Below are positions 42,883-48,971 of a stretch of DNA of 64,000 nt, piece after piece. Numbering within the stretch: the stretch's first letter is position 1; every line of letters begins with the position of its first letter. The position numbers and the translations under genes are program-made. Under the pieces are notes generated by a model that made no database searches, was not told the DNA's origin, and saw only the letters and a program-made list of their open reading frames with translations. The DNA comes from Clostridiaceae bacterium (lineage in GTDB: Bacteria > Bacillota > Clostridia > Oscillospirales > QAMX01): positions 2,826-66,825 of the forward strand of contig JAHAYX010000032.1 in assembly GCA_018384365.1 (NCBI GenBank). The letters run 5' to 3'.

Positions 42883-44874
42883 TTACAGGGCAAAGCTGAC
42901 GCTGCCGCCCTTGCGCAGGAATACCGGGATCAGCTCCAGCGGTGCATCCGCCGTGACGGTCTGGCCGCCGGCATATTCAACGCCGGTGTGCGCGTCGATC
43001 CATGTGGCGCCTGCCGGGAGATAGACGTCGCGCTGTCTGGCGCCCAGTTCAAAGACCGGTGCAACGAGGACGTCGTCGCCGAACATCATCTGGTCTTCGA
43101 TCGTGGCAACTGCCGCATCCTTCGGGAAGTCATAGTAAAGCGGGCGGATGACCGGCGCGCCGGTTTCAGCCGTTTTCTGCATGACTGCCTTGATGTAAGG
43201 ACGGATTTCCTCACGCAGGAAGAGGTACTTCTTCAGGATCTCGTACACTTCTTCGCCGTAGCTCCAAACCTCGTTCGGGCCGCCGGTGTGCGCTTTGTTG
43301 GAAAGGCCCTGGTCGTCTCCGTTTTTGCGGTCGCCGTGCAGACGGAATACCGGGCAGAAGGCGCCGAACTGGAACCAGCGAACAAGCAGCTCACGGAAGT
43401 TGGGATCATTCTGATCGCCGCCGTGGAAGCCGCCGATATCAGAAGTCCACCAGGGAATACCGGACATCGCCATCGAAAGGCCGCTGGTGAACTGTTCCTT
43501 GAAGGAACGGAAGGTTGTGTCGATGTCGCCGGACCAGACGAGCGCGCCATAGCGCTGGGAACCGGCCCAGGCACAGCGCAGCAGGTTGATGGGCAGCTCA
43601 ACGCCCTCTTCCTTCAGGCCTTCGTAGAAATTCTGTGCGTAGACGAGCGGATAAATGTTGCCGACCGCGATGTTTGCGCCCTTGGCGTAACGGTAGTGGT
43701 CGAAATCATAGTCCCATTCGGGCTCTGCTTCGTCCAGCCAGAAGATTTTGATGCCTTTATCGAAGTAATTGCGCTTTACAATGCTCCAGACATACTTGCG
43801 CGCCTCGGGATTTGTCGGGTCATACGGAATCGTGTTGCCCTTCCAGGTGGCGCAGATCTGCAGGCCGCGCTCGGCATGGACGAGATAGCCGTTGTCGCGC
43901 ATTTCCTGATAATTCTCACTCTTCTGATCCACATACGGCCAGATGGAGACCATCAGCTCAATGCCCATTTCCTTCAGTTCGCGCACCATGGCGTCGGGAT
44001 CCGGCCACTCGCTCTCGTCAAAGCGCCAATCGCCCTGATACGGCCAGTGGAAGAAGTCGGACACGATGACGTCCATCGGCAGGCCCAGCTCTTTATGATG
44101 GCGTGCGACCGCCAGAAGCTCGTCCTGCGTGCGGTAACGCAGTTTGCACTGCCAGAAACCCATGACATAGTCCGGCATCATCGGCGGATGGCCGGTGGCG
44201 TCGGCATAGGAGGACATAATCTCAGCCGGGGAGTCGGATGCCGTGATCCAGTAGTCCATCATTTTGGTGCTGGAGGCATACCATTCGGTGCGGTTTTTCG
44301 CGAAGGTTACGCGGCCGATCGAAGGGTTGTTCCAAAGGAAGCCATAGCCTTCGCTGGACAGATAAAACGGAACGCTTGCCTGGGAATTGCGGTGTGCCAG
44401 TTCCAGAACGCAGCCTTTTTTATCAATCATGCCGTCCTGATACTGGCCCATGCCGTAGATATGCTCTCCGGGATTGGCTTCAAACCGCACGGTCAGCTCG
44501 AAATCTGCGCCGCGGTTGCCGACAAAGTCGCGCGCGAACATTTCCAGTGCGCTCATCGATTCAAAATTACCGGTGCGTGAACGCCAGAATTCACGAAGAA
44601 TGGGTTTGCCGTTTTCGCCGTAGAAATAAATCATGCCTGCAACGTTGATCCGTGCAGTGATTTTGCCGTTTTGGATGGTACCCTCGCCGTTTTCGATGGT
44701 GATCACGGCTTCGCCGGGATTTTCCTGCGGCAGAAGCGCCCAGTTTTCATCCGGCACATCAATATGACGCACGGCACGAACACGCAGACTGTTTTTTGCC
44801 CAGGGTTCGATCCAGAGCAATTCTGTGTCTTTTCTCAGAACCAGACGGTTGCCGTCCTGCTTTAAAATAGCCAT
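42883..44874 (-). CDS. Glycoside hydrolase family 31
   Basis: 663 aa with MVSIWPYV, KIFWLDEAEPE and LVWSGDI motifs. GGAGGG RBS. Confidence 0.85.
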   Translation of the reverse strand: MAILKQDGNRLVLRKDTELLWIEPWAKNSLRVRAVRHIDVPDENWALLPQENPGEAVITIENGEGTIQNGKITARINVAGMIYFYGENGKPILREFWRSRTGNFESMSALEMFARDFVGNRGADFELTVRFEANPGEHIYGMGQYQDGMIDKKGCVLELAHRNSQASVPFYLSSEGYGFLWNNPSIGRVTFAKNRTEWYASSTKMMDYWITASDSPAEIMSSYADATGHPPMMPDYVMGFWQCKLRYRTQDELLAVARHHKELGLPMDVIVSDFFHWPYQGDWRFDESEWPDPDAMVRELKEMGIELMVSIWPYVDQKSENYQEMRDNGYLVHAERGLQICATWKGNTIPYDPTNPEARKYVWSIVKRNYFDKGIKIFWLDEAEPEWDYDFDHYRYAKGANIAVGNIYPLVYAQNFYEGLKEEGVELPINLLRCAWAGSQRYGALVWSGDIDTTFRSFKEQFTSGLSMAMSGIPWWTSDIGGFHGGDQNDPNFRELLVRWFQFGAFCPVFRLHGDRKNGDDQGLSNKAHTGGPNEVWSYGEEVYEILKKYLFLREEIRPYIKAVMQKTAETGAPVIRPLYYDFPKDAAVATIEDQMMFGDDVLVAPVFELGARQRDVYLPAGATWIDAHTGVEYAGGQTVTADAPLELIPVFLRKGGSVSFAL

Positions 44875-44904
44875 ACATTCCCTCCAAGCTTTGAAGTCAC
44901 CTCA

Positions 44905-44933
44905 ATCATAACAAAAATACGAAAATCTGTCAA
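44905..44933 (-). promoter_or_regulatory. Consensus sigma-A promoter of the GH31 gene
   Basis: Minus strand: TTGACA (44933-44928), 17-nt spacer, TATGAT (44910-44905). Confidence 0.6.
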
Positions 44934-44941
44934 CGTGCCCC

Positions 44942-45232
44942 TTATGAAATCCCGGAAATCCTGCTGCTCCTGAGTTTCTGAAACTGCGCACGTTTGCCAC
45001 AATGGTTTGGAAAATAGGGAAACCTGCTCTTGACCGCATGGCTGAACGCTTGAACATTGAAAAACGGAGCGGGACGCGCAAAGAACACAGAGACATGAAA
45101 AAAGAGAAAGTTATCTGCAAATTCTTCATAACCATTTGCGATCAGAGCATTCTTTGCAACTCTCAAAACCTCTGCTCTCTGTTCCTTTTTACCTACATAC
45201 ATTTCAAAATTCATTTCGTAACTCATTTTCAT
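44942..45232 (-). pseudogene. 5' remnant of an island gene fused to native intergenic sequence
   Basis: AGAGG RBS and an AT-rich first ~45 codons (MKMSYEMNFEMYVGKKEQRAEVL...). After a T6 run at ~45095 the composition becomes GC-rich and the peptide low-complexity. The ORF ends 9 nt upstream of the GH31 promoter. Confidence 0.3.
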
Positions 45233-45342
45233 TTACCTCTTTCTTTTATTTTGTTTTGGGTTTGTTCCCTGTTCTTTATGTACTAAGTATAGCATTGGGA
45301 GCGGGATAACCAGTCGTTTTAATGGTAAGTTTGGAGTTTTTG

Positions 45343-45376
45343 AAAAAGAAAAAAGGCAAGTCTGAAATAGACTTGC
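45343..45376 (-). terminator. Rho-independent terminator downstream of repeat copy 1
   Basis: Stem GCAAGTC/GACTTGC with a 7-nt loop, then CTTTTTTCTTTTT on the minus strand. Confidence 0.65.
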
Positions 45377-45398
45377 GCTTGTCCGAAAGTGCAGATCG

Positions 45399-45640
45399 GC
45401 AGCAGGCGTCTCAATGATCTCTGAGACGAGCCGAGCGCACACAGAAAAGATGTTAAAAAGATGTATGAATGACGCTTGAAACTTGCTTGCTTTTGGTTTG
45501 GAAGTTGTAAAAAAGATGATAGATTGTTCATTATAATATTGTTTCGTGTACAGACTTGAGAGTATAATGACCTTACAAAATGGTACCATTTCAGAGGTTT
45601 CTTTTCCTCTTGGGAAAGAAAAAGTACCACAAAAGTACCA
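45399..45640 (-). repeat. Long direct repeat, copy 1 (non-coding)
   Basis: Aligns by eye to 46968-47175 at roughly 80-90% identity, with two ~12-nt indels. Identical blocks include the hairpin CGTCTCAGAGATCATTGAGACG and AAGAGGAAAAGAAACCTCTGAAATG. Confidence 0.8.
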
Positions 45641-45654
45641 TCGGAATAGAAGAT

Positions 45655-45695
45655 GTGAAAGAAAAAACAGGGAACTGATTTCTCAATTCCCTGTT
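45655..45695 (-). terminator. Rho-independent terminator after the GH172 gene
   Basis: Stem AACAGGGAA/TTCCCTGTT, then TTTTTCTTTC on the minus strand. Confidence 0.7.
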
Positions 45696-45806
45696 GGTAA
45701 AAATCTTAATTTTGCTTGATTTTACAGGCTTTTTAAGGATTAACCAAAGTATCTCTTTAAGAGACCTTCAAATGATTTTCCGTGTCTTGCTTCGTCTTTT
45801 GCCATC

Positions 45807-46826
45807 TCATTTCATAATCAGTTCCTTGTCTTCGGGCAGGTCAAAAGGCAGTTTGGATGGATTCTGCGCATACCAATATGCAACAGAAGTATAGTCATCA
45901 TAGCGCGGACCGGTCCAGCCAAGGTTATCCATGACCATCCGAAAGCCGTTATTGAACCAAATGGCATCTTTCACATGCCAACGGTAGAGCAGAAAACGTT
46001 TTTGTGCGTTGTAAGTTGCAGAGGTATCGCCCAAAATGGCATGCATACCCACATACAGTCCCTGGAACGTCTGATAGCGGTGCAGTTCAATATCATTGCC
46101 AAAGGCATAGGCGCCGCAGAAATAGTCCTCTGTACCGGTGTAATTGAGGGACGGGTACTGCTCCCCGTCAATATACATTTTTGCTTCACCCTCAACCCAG
46201 CAGGTATTATGTCCATTCATACCGGAGGCCAGTGTGACACCGATAAACCGACCTTTGCCTTGAACGCCATCCAAAACCACATAAGAACGTCCTTTTTGGA
46301 CCGGATGCTCCTGGCGATATACGGCATGAAAATAACCCGCATCATCCGTAAGCGCACCGTGCCAGCCGGTGATCATATAATACAGCGGCTGTACATTCTG
46401 ACTTCTGTTTTCCATGGTGATATGGCAGCTTTTTTTGAACGGCATTTCAAAATAGCTGTTATAGCCGCGTCCCGGCGCTACAAGCATCAATGCAGAATTC
46501 AGAGTTGGATATTTCCCATCCACATCGGCAAAATTCTCATCGTAGGCCATGCCGAAAAATGCCGAGAGTGGCGCTTCTACAGAAGGATATTTGGCATCAT
46601 CCCAGTAAATTCTTATAATGAACGAATGACCAATATAACCAGTGAACCACATGTGCGTGATCATTCCCGGTCCTTCTGTGGAGCATAAGGTTACTGTTTC
46701 CCCGGGCTTGATCTGCAAATATGCGTTTAATTTTTCGCAGTCTTTTCCGTGTGTACCGCCATTTCGTGTTCCTGTAGGGTTTTCTGCTGAAAATGCAAAT
46801 GTTTCCCGATCCAATAATTTGAACAT
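45807..46826 (-). CDS. DUF2961 / glycoside hydrolase family 172 protein
   Basis: 339 aa. The IRIYWDDAKYPSVEAPLSAFFG block matches my recollection of the DUF2961 signature. AAGGAG lies 8 nt upstream of the ATG. Confidence 0.8.
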   Translation of the reverse strand: MFKLLDRETFAFSAENPTGTRNGGTHGKDCEKLNAYLQIKPGETVTLCSTEGPGMITHMWFTGYIGHSFIIRIYWDDAKYPSVEAPLSAFFGMAYDENFADVDGKYPTLNSALMLVAPGRGYNSYFEMPFKKSCHITMENRSQNVQPLYYMITGWHGALTDDAGYFHAVYRQEHPVQKGRSYVVLDGVQGKGRFIGVTLASGMNGHNTCWVEGEAKMYIDGEQYPSLNYTGTEDYFCGAYAFGNDIELHRYQTFQGLYVGMHAILGDTSATYNAQKRFLLYRWHVKDAIWFNNGFRMVMDNLGWTGPRYDDYTSVAYWYAQNPSKLPFDLPEDKELIMK

Positions 46827-46967
46827 ATCCCATTCTCCTTATACATACTCGGGTAATTCCCAATCAATTTCGGTATTCCATATGTTAATCCATGGTATCT
46901 CTATACACAAATTAACATATCGCTACTTCCGTGTCAAGCACACAGCACCATAAAGATACTAAGAAAA

Positions 46968-47175
46968 GCAGCTGACGTCTCAATGATCTCTGAGACGAGT
47001 CAAACACAAACGAAAAGATGCATGACCGGCACTTGAAACTTGATCGCTTTTGGTTAGGAAGATGATAGATCGTTCATTATAGCCTTGTTTCGTGTACAGA
47101 CTTGAGCGTATAAGGACCTTACAAAACAGTACATTTCAGAGGTTTCTTTTCCTCTTGAGAAAGAAAAAGTACCAT
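46968..47175 (-). repeat. Long direct repeat, copy 2 (non-coding)
   Basis: See copy 1. It lies directly upstream, on the coding strand, of the GH172 gene. Confidence 0.8.
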
Positions 47176-47201
47176 TATCCTCCTATCTGACACACGCTGT
47201 T

Positions 47202-47260
47202 AAAACTCCCGCCAAAAGCCTGTGCGGCTCCTGCCGCACGGCGTTGGCAGGGGAGTTTTT
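47202..47260. terminator. Long compound hairpin after the 225-aa gene
   Basis: AAAACTCCCGCCAA...TTGGCAGGGGAGTTTT, with the inner hairpin GTGCGG/CCGCAC. T-runs are present on both strands. Confidence 0.6.
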
Positions 47261-47277
47261 CAGCGTTTTTCGTTCTA

Positions 47278-47955
47278 TTATGTATGTAAATCAGGACAAG
47301 TAGATTGTTCATTATTGCCCACATCCACTTCGATACAAGCACAAACCATCTCATTGATTTGGTTGATGGTGTCATTGTAAATCCCGTTGATTTCGATAAT
47401 TGGTTGCTTTCTGGCCACTCCGCCGTAGTTGGCACACATAACCGCCATTGCTTCACCGGCGGAGAATCCTTCTTCCTTGTGTTGCCAATACTGCTTCCAT
47501 GCCTCGGAGTATTCTTTTTTGTCAGTCTCCCGTTGTGTGTTGCCTCTGGCAAAATAGTAACGGTATTCCATGGTTTGCTGATTGATGAGGTTGGCGGCGG
47601 ACAGTCTATCCAAATAGGTCTGAATTGTCTGCCGTGTAAGAGTGTGGTTATCTGCTTTCAGGCGGACTTCCATGGTTTCACGGGGCAAGCCCAAAAACTC
47701 GTCATCGTTGAAGAGGTAGTAAAAGAAATAGAGCAGTTTTTCAAAGTCGGTTTGCGGTGCGAAGTTCAGGTCGATGATACAGAACACTTTGAAGGGGTCG
47801 GAGATGGCTTCGATGTTGAACTTTGCCGAACCGCCACTTCCCGTAACTGTGTATTCAATTCCGTAACGGTCTAATCTCCGCTTGATGCCTTGATTATCCC
47901 TTGTTCCAAACAGGGCGGACATCTCTTTGTAAGTGTAGGTTCGCAGTTCTAACAT
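47278..47955 (-). CDS. Orphan 225-aa protein, possible HTH/winged-helix DNA-binding protein
   Basis: Strong RBS (GGAAGGGAG), an AT-rich codon profile and its own terminator. I recognise no family. A DNA-binding role is inferred only from helical, basic segments and the repeat array at its promoter. Confidence 0.65.
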   Translation of the reverse strand: MLELRTYTYKEMSALFGTRDNQGIKRRLDRYGIEYTVTGSGGSAKFNIEAISDPFKVFCIIDLNFAPQTDFEKLLYFFYYLFNDDEFLGLPRETMEVRLKADNHTLTRQTIQTYLDRLSAANLINQQTMEYRYYFARGNTQRETDKKEYSEAWKQYWQHKEEGFSAGEAMAVMCANYGGVARKQPIIEINGIYNDTINQINEMVCACIEVDVGNNEQSTCPDLHT

Positions 47956-48023
47956 AGTTCTTCTCCCTTCCTTTTAAGTCAGACATTTAAGTTCAAACAT
48001 CTGGTTTCCTGAACACATGAAAG

Positions 48024-48051
48024 TGTATAATCCAAATATCCACTTTTCCAA
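48024..48051 (-). promoter_or_regulatory. Candidate promoter of the 225-aa gene
   Basis: Minus strand: TTGGAA (48051-48046), 16-nt spacer, TATACA (48029-48024). It is overlapped by the tandem repeats. Confidence 0.4.
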
Positions 48052-48113
48052 TATCCACTTTTGGTTGTTTTGGAGGCGGCAGTGGGCGGTGGCATCCACT
48101 CTTTTATCCACCC
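48036..48113. repeat. Array of four same-orientation ATCCAC-core motifs (iteron/DnaA-box-like)
   Basis: ATATCCACTTTT at 48036-48047 and 48051-62 (tandem 15-mers), GCATCCACTCTT at 48092-48103, and TTATCCACCC at 48104-48113. The DnaA box consensus is TTATCCACA. Confidence 0.6.
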
Positions 48114-48130
48114 GTGGCGGCGGCGAGCGC

Positions 48131-48163
48131 AAAAAAAGGAAGCAGAATTGCTTCTGCTTCCTC
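48131..48163 (-). terminator. Rho-independent terminator after rubrerythrin
   Basis: Stem GGAAGCAGAA/TTCTGCTTCC, then TTTTTTT on the minus strand. Confidence 0.8.
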
Positions 48164-48183
48164 TTGAAAATGCTGTATTTCTA

Positions 48184-48723
48184 TTAGCCGAAGTAACGAG
48201 CCAGCAGGCCTTCGAAAGCCTTGCCGTGACGGGCCTCGTCGCGGGCCATCTCATGAACGGTGTCATGGATCGCATCCAGGTTGAGAGCCTTGGCCTTCTT
48301 AGCCAGCTCGAACTTGCCCATCGTTGCGCCGTTTTCAGCGTCGACGCGCATCTCAAGATTCTTCTTGGTGGAGTCGGTCACAACCTCACCGAGCAGCTCG
48401 GCAAACTTTGCAGCGTGCTCTGCTTCCTCAAAAGCAGCCTTTTCCCAGTACAGGCCGATTTCCGGATAGCCCTCGCGGTGTGCCACACGGGCCATGGCCA
48501 GATACATACCGACCTCGGTGCACTCACCCTGGAAGTTCTCGCGCAGACCCTGCATGATGTCTTCCGGAGCGCCCTGTGCAACGCCTACAACGTGCTCAGC
48601 AGCCCAGGTCTTCTCGCTGGCCTGTGCAACGAACTTTTCCTTCGCAGCCTTGCAGATCGGGCAGGAATCGGGAGCAGAGTCGCCTTCATGTACATAACCA
48701 CAAACAGAACAAACAAATTTCAT
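48184..48723 (-). CDS. Reverse rubrerythrin (N-terminal rubredoxin, C-terminal ferritin-like domain)
   Basis: CSVCGY...CPIC rubredoxin motif at the N-terminus, followed by di-iron EExH-type helices. GAGGTG lies upstream of ATG 48723. Confidence 0.9.
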   Translation of the reverse strand: MKFVCSVCGYVHEGDSAPDSCPICKAAKEKFVAQASEKTWAAEHVVGVAQGAPEDIMQGLRENFQGECTEVGMYLAMARVAHREGYPEIGLYWEKAAFEEAEHAAKFAELLGEVVTDSTKKNLEMRVDAENGATMGKFELAKKAKALNLDAIHDTVHEMARDEARHGKAFEGLLARYFG

Positions 48724-48826
48724 AAAGTAACACCTCACATCAAAAATAATTGCGGGATCTTTTATCCTGACGAAAGTATACCATAATGGAATACAACTTT
48801 CAAGAACTTTTTTGAAAATAGTTTTG

Positions 48827-48855
48827 TTGAAATTGCAGGAAAGGCTTGTTATAAT
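48827..48855 (+). promoter_or_regulatory. Consensus extended -10 promoter
   Basis: TTGAAA (48827-48832), 17-nt spacer, TGtTATAAT (-10 at 48850-48855). The leader is 116 nt. Confidence 0.6.
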
Positions 48856-48971
48856 GAGTTGAATGGAACGGAAAGGCGGATAGATTGCGCCTCCGGACGG
48901 GTAAAATCGGATAGAAGCGGCCGCCCCGGCGGCACGTTTTTTTCACAAAGGTTTTTGAAAAGAGGACAGCT

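Noticed and set aside
41191-44580. 1129-aa ORF on the plus strand spanning 3.4 kb
   Set aside because: It is antisense to two well-supported minus-strand genes (the GHL6-like gene and GH31) and crosses their intergenic terminator and promoter. The peptide is low-complexity and Ala/Arg/Gly/Val-rich, as expected for stop-free antisense frames in GC-rich DNA. It has no RBS.
45412-45428. Paired inverted CGTCTC/GAGACG (type IIS BsmBI-type) sites in both repeat copies as a hint of engineered DNA
   Set aside because: They simply form the arms of the conserved hairpin. Nothing else in the region suggests a synthetic construct.
45233-45589. 118-aa minus-strand ORF inside repeat copy 1
   Set aside because: The corresponding frame in repeat copy 2 is broken by indels and stops after ~25 codons. 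The repeat is therefore not conserved as coding sequence.
48036-48113. Possible chromosomal oriC or CRISPR-like array
   Set aside because: There are only four short motifs. They have no regular spacers, no AT-rich unwinding element that I can define, and no dnaA/dnaN nearby. The location is at the edge of an AT-rich island. Treated as a local operator/iteron array instead.
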